NCBI GenBank assembly: GCA_951406725.2
Contig: OX597823.1
Span: forward strand, 112,592,001 to 112,656,000
Source: Octopus vulgaris
Lineage: Eukaryota
DNA: 64,000 nt
Direction: 5' to 3'
In this document: positions 1 through 13,030 of the stretch, in pieces
Layout of the letters: each line of letters begins with the position of its first letter
Numbering within the stretch: the stretch's first letter is position 1
Notes under the pieces: model-generated
The model's input: the letters and a program-made list of their open reading frames with translations, nothing else
Told to the model about the DNA's origin: nothing
The model's database searches: none
Made by a program: the position numbers and the translations under genes

Positions 1-220
1 CCGATCGTGGCCGTTTGCCAGCCTCGTCTGGCACCTGTGCCGGTGGCACGTAAAAGGCACCCACTACACTCACGGAGTGGTTGGCGTTAGGAAGGGCATC
101 CAGCTGTAGAAACACTGCCAGATCAGACTGGGCCTGGTGCAGCCTCCTGGCTTCCCCGACCCCGGTCAAACCGTTCAGCCCATGCTAGCATGGAAAGCGG
201 ATGTTAAATGATGATGATGT
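1..220 (+). mobile_element. SINE-like family C (ggcgttaggaagggcatccagctgtagaaac...(GAT)n tail), truncated by the window edge
   Basis: Near-identical copies at 5125-5312, 14150-14455, 27290-27706 (+) and 20478-20775, 26235-26535, 31490-31880, 38700-39135, 44057-44208 (-); ends in a (GAT)n tail typical of RTE-partnered retroposons. Confidence 0.8.
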
Positions 221-605
221 AAAGATGGATGAAATGCCACTGGGCATCCATCTTTATGTTCTGAGTTCAAATTCAGCTGAGGTTGACTTTGCCTTTCATC
301 CTTTCAGGGTCGATAAAGTAACACTAGTTGAACACCAGGGTCGATTTAATCAACGAAGCTCCTCCCCTGAACTTATTGTCCTTGTGCCAAAATTTGAAAC
401 CAGCATTCATGGATGTAGGTGGTGAGCTTGTAGAATTGTTAACATGGTAGGGCAAAATGCATAGTGGCATCTCATCCGTCTTTAATTCTGTGTTCAAATT
501 CTGCTGAGGTCAACTTCACCTTTCATTTTGGAGGCCATAAAATAAGTACCAGTTGAGCACTGGTCAATGTAATCAACTTACCCCTCCAACGAAATTGCTG
601 GTTAA

Positions 606-1125
606 CCCCTTGATGCCGGTATTACCCGAAGCATGCTAGACACTGCTCCGTTTTTTTTTATCTAATGAGGCCACACAAACACATGAGTGCCAACGAGCTC
701 GTGTCTATTTATGTTCACCGTTACAATAACATAGCGTCGTACATTTACGTCTACCGGTTTATGAAAACGAACTATGTGAAGCTATTTGTCATAATATGAT
801 ATGCACGAGTTATTCTGCTCAAGTTAAAAAAATAGCTTGCATGTGATACAACTCAAAACACGGTATCATGCATGTAAAATATCCACATGTCATTGGTCTA
901 CTGCTAGTCTCATGACTTGAACGTAACCTGAAATAGCTAAGATAATGCACGGGATGGCGAGCGCGTGCACCTAAAGAGAAAGTACACGATAGCGAATGTA
1001 AACATATGTCAGCCGCTAAAAAGTCCGTGATAGATGTAGGGCAGCTATACATCGTATATTTACGTTAACCGCGGGTAGGCAAGCAAAAGTGTGATCGCAT
1101 ATTTGCGTCAACCGTTGTCAAGGGG
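606..1125. mobile_element. piggyBac-type non-autonomous element (MITE)
   Basis: TTAA at 602-605 and 1126-1129; imperfect TIRs ccccttgatgccggtt / aaccgttgtcaagggg; interrupts a family A SINE tail. Confidence 0.8.
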
Positions 1126-1322
1126 TTAAAACCGTACCAAAATTGTGCCAAAATTTGGGACCAGTATTTCTGGACCTGCTTTATGTTCCCCTTTCATATT
1201 TCAATTTCTCTATTGTTTTGTTTCTTTCCTCCTATAGAATTATTTTCCTTGATTTCAGAATTTCAAATTTAGCATAATTCCATCACCAAGAAAAAGTGTT
1301 TGCCCCATTGAAACTAACCACC

Positions 1323-1460
1323 ATGCCTACTGCCAAAATGCTGGCAGATTCTACCCAAAGCGATGCAGCTCTGGAAAGGAAAAAGAAGGAACGACATGAT
1401 CGCCATAAAAAGTCCAAGAAGGAAGACAAGCCCCACCATCACAGTAAACGGAAAACTAAG
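1323..1460 (+). CDS. CAAP1: CAAP1-like gene, first coding exon (Lys/His-rich N-terminus)
   Basis: ATG at 1323 in ccATG context; encodes MPTAKMLADSTQSDAALERKKKERHDRHKKSKKEDKPHHHSKRKTK; donor AAG|gtgata at 1460/1461; 138 nt, phase 0, fits the next exon. Polypyrimidine/AG acceptors upstream at 1237 and 1258 imply a 5' UTR exon outside the window. Confidence 0.72.
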
Positions 1461-2109
1461 GTGATATCACGTTTTTTTTAATTCTTCCTTTCAATGATTT
1501 GACTTGGAATAGTTTCTGTGACTCTCTGGCCAGGTTGTTGGTTATTATGGGTTTCACAAATAAATGACAAAGCCTCTATGTAGTCACTCGACCAGCTAGA
1601 AATAGCAGCCAAATCTGCATAAGATCACACCCTAGAATTGTATAAAAGGAAGGAAACTTTGGATAATATAACCCAGGATATGATATACCATAGTAAAAGA
1701 CTGTGTGGCCATAACTGGATCGGCCTTTGATCGTAGGTCTGATTAGGGGCTAGACAACAAGAGCAACAAAAGGTGTCTCGAATACCTGCAGGGACCTCCA
1801 TGTGGTCACTTGACCAGCTAGAAATAGTAGCCAAGTGTCCCTCAAATCACACCTTACCATTTAAAATTAGGAAGGATACATTCGACTATGTAGTTCTCGA
1901 TGTTCAAAAGGGGACGGTCATGGTTTAAATGTCTTTGATCATAAATCTGCTGTCAAGGCTAACCTAGGGTTAAACAGCATGGACACCACCAGGTCACTTG
2001 ACCTGCTTGAAACAGCAGTCAAATCTTTCTGTTGTCTAAAACAAAAAGAAAAAAAAAACCTGCAAAAAAAAACGGGGGAGAAGGCACATTTTATATTGTA
2101 ATCCCAGAA

Positions 2110-2310
2110 TTGGTACGGGTGAAATGCGTAGTCATATTTTGTCTGTCGCTACGTTGTGAGTTCAAATCCCGCCGAGGTTGACTTTGCCTTTCATCCTTTC
2201 GGGGTCGATAAATTATGTACCAGTTAAGCACTGGGGTCGATGTAATCGACTTAATACCTATGTATGTCCCCTCTATGTTTAGCCCCTTGTGGGTAATAAA
2301 GAAATAGGTA
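2110..2310 (+). mobile_element. tRNA-derived SINE family A (gagttcaaat...gaggtcgactttgcctttcatcctttcggggtcgat)
   Basis: B-box-like gagttcaaatcc plus a body shared with many copies in the window (e.g. 16036, 32184, 38781, 52985). Confidence 0.8.
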
Positions 2311-3064
2311 CATTTGACTAAAAGATGGCATAGTGATGGGTTAGAACACTTTAATCAATAAAGCCGACTTAGGGTTGAACAGCAAAAATTCCAAAAAATA
2401 AAATGGATGAAGACATTATCCTGATATTAACAATTCTAACACAGTTTAACTAGTCTTGGAGATAGTCATAAGAATATTTTATCTCCCTCATTATTTTATG
2501 TCCTTCCTCTCTTTCATTCTTTGTCTTCCATTTCTTTTACTTCCATCATTTCATTATTCCCTATTTCTTCATTGCTACCCACTTTTTTCTTCTCTTTCTT
2601 TTCTTTTACTCCGTTTGTATTCTTGTTTTTTTTTCTTTTAATTTTTCCTATTTTTTTCTTGATTCTATTCCTGCCTTCTTTCCTTTCATCCTTTCGTTTC
2701 CTTCTACCATCTCTTATATTATCATTCTCTCATCATTCTCTATTAGTGCCATAACAAATAACAAAAAAAAAAACAAAACAAAACAAAACAAATAAAAAAA
2801 CTGCCAGAGAAATAAATGTAAATAAAAACACAAAAAAACAACAACTGAAAACACTCTTCCCCTCCCCTCACTGAAAAAACAAAGCCATGAACCAAAGGCC
2901 TCCTTCTAAAACACACACACACACACACTCCCACACACCTCACCATCTAGCTCTCACCCTCATCCAGCCAGATTTCCAGTTGGTCTGCCACTATGACACA
3001 TTGACTCTGCCAAAGGTTTGCCATAGTTTTTTTTTTTTAGTGTCTTTAATGTTAAATTAATCAT

Positions 3065-3830
3065 TGGTGTCATCATCATCATCAACATCATGAATGCTGC
3101 GGTCATCAATATTAACATTGTCATCATCATTATCATCATCACCATTGTCATCACCACCACCATCATCATCATTGACATCACCACCACCACCATCATCACC
3201 ATTGTCATCACCACCACCACCATCATCATCATTGACATCACCACCACCACCATCATCATCATTGACATCACCACCACCACCATCATCACCATTGTCATCA
3301 CCACCACCACCATCATCATCATTGACATCACCACCACCACCATCATCACCATTGACATCACCACCACCACCATCATCATCATTGACATCACCACCACCAC
3401 CATCATCATCATTGACATCACCACCACCACCATCATCACCATTGTCATCACCACCACCACCATCATCATCATTGACATCACCACCACCACCATCATCACC
3501 ATTGTCATCACCACCACCACCATCATCACCATTGTCATCACCACCACCACCATCATCACCATTGTCATCACCACCACCACCATCATCATCATTGACATCA
3601 CCACCACCACCATCATCACCATTGTCATCACCACCACCACCATCATCACCATTGTCATCACCACCACCACCATCATCACCATTGTCATCACCACCATCAC
3701 CATTATCATCATTGACATCACCATGATGATGATGATCATCACCATGATGATGATGATCATCACCATGATGATGATGATCATCATCATCCTTGCCATTGTC
3801 ATCATCATCATCAGCAGCAGCAGCAGCTTC
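3065..3830. repeat. 30-bp CAT/CAC minisatellite (accattgtcatcaccaccaccaccatcatc variants) with degenerate flanks
   Basis: About 19 tandem 30-bp units at ~3140-3720 in two main variants (accattgtc / atcattgac). Confidence 0.95.
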
Positions 3831-4482
3831 AGGGGAAGGCAAATACTTCCCCTCTCACTGGCACATTCCCATCAACCCTCACACCTCAACCACCTCTGTG
3901 ACCTCCAGAACCCCTGTGCCACTCCCCCAACCCTAAACCTCTCACTGATTCCAACCCCTCCTTGGCCCTGACTCCTCCTTTTCAATCCCCTCCTCCCCCG
4001 ACTCCCACTTGACCCCTACCCCCACTTGACCCCTACCCCCCCAATTCCCTTCCTCAGCACCCTGCCACCTTGCTGGTTTTTTCAGTAACATTGGTGCCTC
4101 ATGATTTATCTACCAAGACAACTCAGGATTACACCCTGCTTACTTTGGCTCTCTCAGTGTGGGTTGGGTGTATGTGTGAGGGGTCAGTCAAACAGGAGCT
4201 TGAAGTTCATATCTAAACCCTCCCTGCAGAATCACTATAACATATGCATAAATACATATATATGTTTGTGTATATATATATATATATAATGTGTGTGTGT
4301 GTATATATATATATATTTGTGTATACATATATTTGTGTGTATATTTGTATATATATGTGCATATATATGTATATATATATATATAGTTAATCCAAACAAG
4401 AAAGCACAAACAACGCGAGGACACAACAACGCGAGGACGTGGAACAAATATAGTATTATTGGACACTCAGGAAAGAAGGAGG

Positions 4483-4517
4483 GTTTAATGTTTCGAGCTG
4501 AGCTCTTCGTCGGAAAC
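4483..4517 (-). ncRNA. Minimal type I hammerhead-ribozyme-like motif in a short repeat (4386-4600)
   Basis: Minus strand reads gttt-CCGACGA-a-gagc(tca)gctc-GAAA-ca-UUA-aac: stem I, variant core, 4-bp stem II, GAAA and a minimal stem III. Confidence 0.55.
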
Positions 4518-4772
4518 ATAGGAGAAGGAAAGATCCAGAGAAGGGAAGACAGAGGAAAAAAAAATCGCCAGCGGTACACATGCAGTCACATTTTGAATGA
4601 CTGATGTATATATGTATAAATATGTATGTTAAAATTATAATTAAGGTTATCTAAAAGATACCACCATGCTAGAAAGAGCAGCCAAAACGATTCTAAAACC
4701 ACATTGTGTATTCATACAGCACCAGGAGAAAAGACAAATAGACAAATAAACTAGCAAAAAATTATTGGATAA

Positions 4773-4829
4773 TACCAAATCCGGATTTCTGGCTTTGTAT
4801 AAAAATATACTCTGCCTCATCAGTAGGAT
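4773..4829 (-). ncRNA. Type I hammerhead-ribozyme-like motif
   Basis: Minus strand reads tccta-CTGATGA-ggc...gcc-a-GAAA-tccgga-TT-tggta: intact core, stem II, palindromic stem III (aaatccggattt). Confidence 0.6.
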
Positions 4830-5124
4830 ATACACAGATACTATATATATATACAACATACGAATACATATATATATATACGCATGTATGCACATATACT
4901 GGTGCTGTATGAATACATTAATTGGTTTTAGAGTCAAGTCTTGACTGCTGTCTCTAGCATGGTGGTCTCATTCAGATACCCTAAATTATAATTTCAATAA
5001 TAATTATTACCTATAAAGTTTTTATTCCCATGCTGGCCTATTGATATGATCGGTATTTTAAATAATAATCTTATCCTTGTTTATAAAAATTTATATAAGT
5101 ATATGTGTATATATATATATATAC

Positions 5125-5312
5125 ATGGCACGTAAAAAACACCCACTACACTCACAGAGTGGTTGGCGTTAGGAAGGGCATCCAGCTGTAGAAACACTGC
5201 CAGATCAGACTGGGCCTGGTGCAGCCTCCTGGCTTACCGGACCCCGGTCAAACCGTCCAACCCATGCTAGCATGGAAAACGGACATTAAACGATGATGAT
5301 GATGATGATGAT
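5125..5312 (+). mobile_element. SINE-like family C
   Basis: Matches 46-220; (GAT)n tail. Confidence 0.8.
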
Positions 5313-6910
5313 TCTCCCTCTTTGTTTCTCTCTCCTTTCTCTCTCACTTTCCCACTCTCTTACTCTTCCTTTCTCTCGGACTCTCCCTCGCTTTCTTTTA
5401 TTCTCTATCTTTATCCATCTCCCATTTATAAACAACAAAAGATCTTGAGTAAGTTGAGAAAGAAAATATTTAGAAAAATCACTTATAAATATCAGGCAGT
5501 GACAACGGAAAGGTCTGCTTCAAGGCAGACAGCAAAACACTAACATTTAAAAGTGACAGACGAACTTGCGAGCTGAATAAAAATAATAAAATATTGGAAA
5601 CCAAAGTTTGAAGGGATAGAATCTGAGGATAGTAGAGTCACCATGGCTGGTATTTCTTAACATCGGACGGCAACGTAGATGCAGTTTAACGGCTGGTGTA
5701 AAACTTTTAGCTTGATGTAAAAGAAAATTCCTAAACACCAAGTTTTGAAGTGATTCTTTCTCACGGCAGTAGACTCACCATGGCAAGCATTCAAAACTTC
5801 TTCATCATGGACGGCAACACATTGATGATTAAAAGGCTGGTGCAAATTTTTTAGCTTGATCTAACAGAGAATTCCTAAACACCTGCTCCTGTAAATTTTA
5901 ATCCCCTTCCAGCCCCATTTAGACACCTTTTCACATTTTGGTTAATATAACCCGATTTCATTTGGGTCTACTTGGGCCACATTTTATAAGATGAGGAATT
6001 TTGTCCTAGAGGTCACTCCTTTCATTTGAGGAAAAAAATAGTTGCCATGCATACATTATATATACATATTTATATATATAGAACACACACACACACACAC
6101 ACATATATAAATTAACACAATAAATATCTGATTCATAATATTTGTTCCTATGATTGTGTGGTGGTGGTGGCAATGATAATTCTCTCTATGAATGCAGACA
6201 GACGTAGAGAGAAAGAGAGAGCGTGAAAGCGCTGTCGAAGGCGGGGAGGGGGGGAGATATAGGATGCTGTGAAACCTCGTTATAAAGACAAAGTGAAGGT
6301 AAGGGAGGTAGACGCTGTGAAACGACGTTATAGATAGCAAGTGATGGGAAGGGAGGAAAGAGAGTGAGTGATGGAGGAAGACAGATACATAAAAGAATGA
6401 GAGTAGTCTTGTGAAAGTGCGTTTTTGGCCCTAGCAACAACACCTTTTAAGATAGGGATTTCTAACCTAGCCCACTCGCATCCTCACCTCATTTTACATG
6501 TCCCTGTAAATTTTGGAGTCAATCCAATGGGATCTGGTGGCCTTTAACCCGTTCTCAATGCCAAAACCAGACAAACAAATAAACTTTTCGCATTTCAGTT
6601 TTATAAATAGATATATATATATATCTATATATGTACGTACATTGTATATGAATATATATTTATGTAAATATATATATGCTTTTGTATATGAACCTATATC
6701 TGTATAGATGTGTCTTTATATTTCTCTCTCTCTCTGTATATATGTGTGTGTGAATGCGTGTGACGTGTTGAAGGATGAAAAGCTGAAAGAGACAGCCAGA
6801 CAAAATCTCTCCATCTCCCAACACATTTCTTGCTTGATTTGATCCCAGATAGATTAGATTTCAAAAATGTAATCAATCTTCACCATATTTCACTTTCCTG
6901 ATTACAACTA

Positions 6911-6922
6911 TCATATATATAG

Positions 6923-6954
<32 letters not shown>

Positions 6955-7239
6955 GTATATATATGTATGTGTGTGTGTGTGTATATATATGTATTTGTGT
7001 GTGTGTGTAAATATATGTATTTGTGTGTGTGTGTATATATATGTATGTGTGTGTGTATATATATGTATGTGTGTGTGTATATATATGTATGTATGTGTGT
7101 GTGTGTGTGTATGTGTGTGTGTGTGTATGTGTGTGTGTGTGTATATATATATATGTGTGTGTGTATATGTGTGTGTGTATATGTGTGTGTGTGTATATGT
7201 GTGTGTGTGTATATGTGTGTGTGTATATATGTATGTATA

Positions 7240-7279
<40 letters not shown>

Positions 7280-7292
7280 TGTGTGTGTGTGT
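6911..7292. repeat. (TA)n/(TG)n compound microsatellite
   Basis: Direct reading. Confidence 0.95.
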
Positions 7293-8155
7293 GCACTGTT
7301 TTGTTTTATTTCAGTGTGTTTGTTACTGTGTTGTTTCACTTCAGTCTTTGTAATCTTCATAGTTCCCAGAGTTACTGACCCTGGCCAAATGTTGCAAGTG
7401 AGAGGAGCAAATATAAGGAATCGTCTAAATTATGAATCGAATCCTTGTCGTTGTTTCAGCTCGCTAGCATTTTAACACTAGAGTACAGCACTCCCCGTCT
7501 TTTGTCTCTCTTTCTCTCCCCCCCCTCTCTCTCACATCATGTATACATCTCTCCCGCACTTTCCTTCTTTTTCTCTAACTCACCGTCTTCATCTCTCTCA
7601 TTCCCTTCGCCTCTCTCTGTCTCTCCCTCACTCTCCATTTTTCTTTGCTTCAATATCTTTCTCTCTCTCTCTCTCATACACACTCACACATATAACTTGT
7701 AATTTAGTGTACAGCTGTATAATTTACCAAAATTCTTATTATCTATTCAGTTACTGATAAATGCTTCACAAAAATAAGGCATTATTCTATGGCATGTGCT
7801 TTCCACTTCTTGTCATGATAACTATTCTTTAAATAGCTACCTTTCTCCAACACATTACCTTTGTCTAAATAGACACCTATTCTCTAAAGAGGTACTTATT
7901 CCTTATTTTGGCACATATTCTCTAAACTTGACAATTATTCTCTTAACTCGGTACCTGTTCTCAATTAGTGCTTAGTCTTTTAATTTGCTTCCTATTGTTG
8001 CATATTCTTGCAAGTTGTTACTCACTCTCCTAACTTTCCACTTTTACTCCTAATTTGCTGTCCTTTTAACTTAGCATTTTGTTGTTTATGCTCCAACCTG
8101 GTGTGACAAGGAGCAAGTTGATTTATTTGCATGCGTCAATAATGTTAGGAAAATC

Positions 8156-8905
8156 ATCTTTAGTTTTGCTCACAGATGTTTTAATTATTTTTATTTTAAC
8201 TAAACCATTTGAAACTTTGTATACTGGTGTAATTTCTCATGCTGAACATGGTTTACTTTCAACATTTTTGGCAAAATTTTGTATTTTAGAAGTTATTTCG
8301 TGATAAAGTTGTTGTATTTGGGTAATTTTAACCAATCAATGATGTGTGTTCTGCTGATGAAAGCTATTGCTGTATGCTATAGTAATCGAAGGGCAAAAAC
8401 TTTAGAGCAAAAACTTTTGGGTCATCTTTACTAAATGTCCACTCTGTTCTGTTTTATTTTTGTTTACTGCCTGTGTTGCATATTACATGCGTTTTCTTTT
8501 TCTTTTTGATCACCTCTTTGTACATTAGCATTTTCATCACTTGTACAAAGAGGCAATCAAAAAGCAAAAAAAAAGAAAAACCAAAGCGTGTAATACACAA
8601 CACAGGTAGTTAAGAATAATAAAATAGAACAGTGGTGACATTTAGTAGAGATGACCCAGAAGTTGTTCTTCGATTACTATCGCATACAACGGTAGCTTTT
8701 TTCAGCAGAGTACACGTTGTTGATTGGTAAAAATTACCCAAATAGGATGACTTTAACATGAAATAACTTCTAAAATAACTTCTAAAATTTTGTCAAAAAA
8801 TGTTGAAAGTAAACCGTGTTCAGTGTGAGAAATTACACCATTATACAAAATTTCGAACTGTTTAGTTAAAAAATTTTTTTAATCTGTGAGCAGAACTGAA
8901 GAGAT
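8156..8905. mobile_element. Foldback MITE (~750 bp, almost entirely palindromic)
   Basis: Arms pair end to end: atctttagttttgctcacagat / atctgtgagcagaactgaagagat outside, cctctttgtaca (8513-8524) / tgtacaaagagg (8542-8553) at the centre. Confidence 0.85.
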
Positions 8906-9202
8906 ACCCATGAATACCACTACATCTTTTCTATGAATGTGAACTGTTATCATGTTTAAGCAGTAGACTAAATACTTTGTGATGCTTAGAGTGTTGTCTC
9001 TATGTTCTCAGTTCTAATCCTGCCTTGGTCGACCTCATTTTGTTCTCATTGGGGTTTAAGAAAGTAAGTATCAATAAAGTACTCTGGTTGATCTGATATC
9101 CTGTCCATTCACATCCTTTGAATTCATGATTTCTTGATAATGTGAAGGATCAACGTTTAAATGTGTCTGTTCATCATCTTCGTTTTCCTCTTTCACTTCC
9201 AG

Positions 9203-9430
9203 AGTACATTTGCTAGCGGTAGCAACAGAAAAAGTAAGAAAAAACATAAAAGTACCACTTCTGATAAAGATACTGAAACGAAGGAAGGGTCTGAAGACAG
9301 TGACCTCAATCTTAGCAAGCCCCTTCATCCAATCGGTCACTACATCAACAAAAGAAGTGAAATGCTGGAACAAATGTTTCACTGTATTCAAGGGGCCACA
9401 CTGAAGAAAGCACTTCCAGAAATATTGCAG
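9203..9430 (+). CDS. CAAP1: CAAP1-like gene, coding exon 2 (start of CAAP1 domain)
   Basis: Acceptor tttcacttccag|, donor CAG|gtaata, 228 nt phase 0/0. Encodes STFASGSNRKSKKKHK...LSKPLHPIGHYINKRSEMLEQMFHCIQGATLKKALPEILQ, which resembles the conserved CAAP1 domain as I recall it. Confidence 0.88.
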
Positions 9431-11471
9431 GTAATAATAATATAGTCTTTGATTTTGGATGTTTTGAGTTACTTTTTTTTTTTTTAATTTAATTTGAGAA
9501 GTATTGAGAAATATAAGTTTGTAGAATACTTTGGCTTTTACAAATCCTAATTTTGAACTGAAAATTTCAAGATGAAACAGAAATATTAAATAATGAACAA
9601 CCTTAATTGATTTTCAAACCTTATTGGGTTCCCATCAGAGGTGTCAACATCAGCATCATTCTGACAGTCTCAAAAGAGACGAGAAGCTAAACTGTTCATA
9701 TACTCAACAAATGCAGCAGTTACTCCATGAAGGAATCCCTAATTTGCACACCGAAAGTGTTTAGCTCTTTATAAATACCAGCGGCCTGTCAACAGGGATC
9801 TTAGTCCACACAGTATCACACCTGTGTGTGTGTGTGTGTGTGGGGGTACATCCACACACACTTTACTCCCCTACATCTTTTTTTATGTTTAGTATGTAAA
9901 ACTAAATTGTCACCACTGTCATAGACATTACAGCAAAAATACCTGATTATCTTGTATGGTATAAGAGCTTTTATCATCATCATCATCTTTGTCATCAAAT
10001 GATTGTATCAAAAACGATTTATCTATGAAACAAGGTGCTGCAGTAGCCCAGTAATCATACAAAAACCGAAATGGTGTGTTCGATTTTCAGTGGAAGCAGA
10101 AATTTGTGATAAATGTTTGGAAATGGTACAGAGGCTTTGCATATGGATGGGTTTACCGTGGGACCTCAATGTAGCTGCTGGGATGGAAAAACTTCATGCT
10201 GTGATTGGTTGTCTTGTTGCCGAGGTGGCTGCCATGGTGATCCTCCATTCGTTCTGTTGCCTAGTTGGGTGTTGCCCTGTTATACTGTTGCTTAGTTGCC
10301 TGCCTGGTTGATACCAAACCTAAGACATACTGTTTCTGCAGGTGTATATGTGTATGTGTGTGTGTACACATTCACACACACTTCTTTATACATACATCTT
10401 TTTTATGTTTAGTATGTAAAACGAATTTGTGACAATTGTCATAGACATAACAGCAAAAAGACCTAATTATCTTGTATGGTATAAGAGCTTTTATCATCAT
10501 CATCATCATCATCGTCCATATTCCATAGTGGTTGGGGTTAGGTGATTTAACAGGAACTGGTGTCTCTGGGAACTGCATTGCACCTCAGTGTCTGCTTTGC
10601 TATGGTTTCTCTGGCAGGTCGCCCCTCCTAATACTAAACACTTTATAATGTGTCCTAGGTGCCTTTTTCCATAGCACAAGCTCTATTGAGGGTGCCTTGC
10701 AGCTTGCAAAGCTAAGATTTCCTTTATCTGCATGGGGCTACTGTAGAGTAGGAGGCTACTTTATGGTAGGAGACAAGTAGGGAAAAGTATGAGAGAAGGG
10801 GATCGGTTCAGGTTTCTTGCTGTAGAGGAGCTGCACAACTACTTATATCATAGAAGAGAGGATGATAGTGACTAAGGTGGAGCTAAGAAGAGATATAATA
10901 GAGATGATGAGATGTCAAGTGCACCCTCAAGGTCTGAGTAGAAGTGAGAAGGAACAGGAGAACAGGGAATGTAGGTGGGTAGAGATTGGTAGAGCATATG
11001 GGGAGAGTGAAAGGTCGAGGGGGTGAATATAATGAATGAAGGACAAGTGTTGAGGGACGATAAAGAAGAGTTGATGACAACTGTTAGAGATTGGGTAGGA
11101 TTGTCCGGAGATGTAGTGACTAGTGGAGAAGGGGTGGGTTTAGAGCAACCCATGATATATATGGGCCGGGTATATGTAGGGGAGAGTAGAAAAATTGGGA
11201 TGAAAGCAGCTGGTTGCAAGTGTGTGTGTTTGTATGGGAGAGGAAGTGCAATGCACAGGGTGAGGGAGAAATGCATGGTAGTGGATGAGGGGCAGTTTGG
11301 TAGCCAGGAAAGGGGTCAATGCAAAACAGGGATGAAGTTGATATGGTTCAGCACCGTAAGGAAATAATATAATTATTTTGTTATATTGATGTCTTTTTGA
11401 ATGAAACCCTGAAAATCTGTAGTTAAAGGGCACCTTTTTGAAAAATTTCCTTTACAATTTCTTTTATGCAG

Positions 11472-11556
11472 GATTTACCAATGAAGGAATTGAAACAACT
11501 TTGCCTTACACAACTTGAGGTTATGTCAAAGAAGCGAATTCTTCGAATATTGGCAG
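11472..11556 (+). CDS. CAAP1: CAAP1-like gene, coding exon 3
   Basis: Acceptor cttttatgcag|, donor GCAG|gtaacg, 85 nt phase 0/1. Encodes DLPMKELKQLCLTQLEVMSKKRILRILA(G), continuing the CAAP1 domain (..LC..QLE.LS.K.IL.IL.G). Confidence 0.88.
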
Positions 11557-12529
11557 GTAACGTAGTTCCTGTTGATTATTTAATCTTGAAGACTTACTTG
11601 GCACACTCTGCTTCTTTATTATGTGTCTGTTTTTTTTTCCTTTACATCAGTGTGACCATGATGTAACTGATGTTCCAGGGCCACAGTTACCTGGTTGGCT
11701 CTTATAAAGTTTACAGCTACTTTTTAGTATTGTCAATACCGATTCTGTTTTTTACATATGTTGTGCATAATACCATCATCATTGAAGATCTGTCTTCCAT
11801 ACTGGCATGGGTTGGACAGCTTACCAGGAGCTGGCAAATCAGAGGACTGTGCTAAGCTCCACTGTCTGTTTTATCATGTATTTTTTACATTTGGCGGCCC
11901 TTCCTAATGCCAACGACTTTACAGAGTGGACTGGGTGCTTTTTCATGGTACTGGCATCGGCAAGGTCTGCTTTGGCATGATTTTTATAACAGGATGCCCT
12001 TCCAAATGCCAGACAGTGACCTGGATGCTTTTTATGTGGCACCAACACTGGTGAAGTCACCAAGTAACTTGTAATACAAAGATCCTTTGGGAGGTGGGTT
12101 AGTATTAAAGGAGATGCTTTGTGCCAGGGGATGAGAATTTATAATATGACAGAGGGACAGAAACGGGTGTCTTTCTGTTGAGAGAATACTTGGTTGCCCC
12201 TGCAGGAGCGAGAGACCAAGAGAAAATGAGAGAGGTGTGACAATATTCCAGGATATTCTCTCAAGGTACTGGGATGTGAATATAAATGAAATGGTGGAAG
12301 ATTGCCCAGAGTAAGGAGAATGCAAAAAAGGGAGTGAGAGAGGGGTAAGAAGAAGAGCAGTGACTAGTTAAACCTGAGTGTGTAGAAGGGGATTGACAGG
12401 GTAACAATGATTGAGTTTGAGAGGGTGGAAGTGGGGAGGATGGGATCGGACTGCTGGAGTGGGATGGGTAAGATATGCACAGTGCATGAAGAAGAGGAGA
12501 AGAGAAGAGAGATGGTTTGGTTTATTGGG

Positions 12530-13030
12530 GTACTCTTTTATTTGTTTCAGTCCTTTGGCTGCGGCCATGCTGGAGCACCGCCTTTAGTCGAACAAATTGA
12601 TTTCAGGACTTATTCTTTGTAAGTCTATTGGTCTTTTGCCGAACTGCTAAGTTACGGGGATGCAAGCCCACCAACATCGGTTGTCAAGCGATGGAGGGGA
12701 CAAACAGACACACAAACACACACACACACATATATATATATAGTGCCGATTGCTTAAAGAGGATGGCACCTGTGGGAGAGACCAAGGAAAACACAGGATG
12801 AAGTGGTGAAGGCTGATTTCAAAATGTTGGGCCTCACACACACTCACACATTTATATATATATATATGGGATTCTTTCAGTTTCCGTCTACCAAATCCAC
12901 TCACAAGTCTTTGGTTGACTTGAGACAATAGTACAAAACACTTGTCCAAGGTGCTATGCAGTGGGACTGAACCCAGAACCATGTGGCTGGTAAGCAAGCT
13001 ATGTACCACACAGCCACTCCTGCGCCTGGG
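12530..13030 (-). mobile_element. tRNA-derived CORE-like SINE family B, with an RTE fragment in its microsatellite linker
   Basis: Reverse complement of ggagtggctgtgtgg...caccttgggcaagtgt...gctccagcatggccgcagtc...gaaacaagtaaaagag; the ccttgggcaagt motif resembles the CORE domain. Confidence 0.8.

Noticed and set aside
2960-3971. Asp/Gly-rich, extensin-like or His-rich protein ORFs
   Set aside because: Open in several frames on both strands because the CAT/CAC minisatellite lacks stops; no splice or start support; lies in CAAP1 intron 1.
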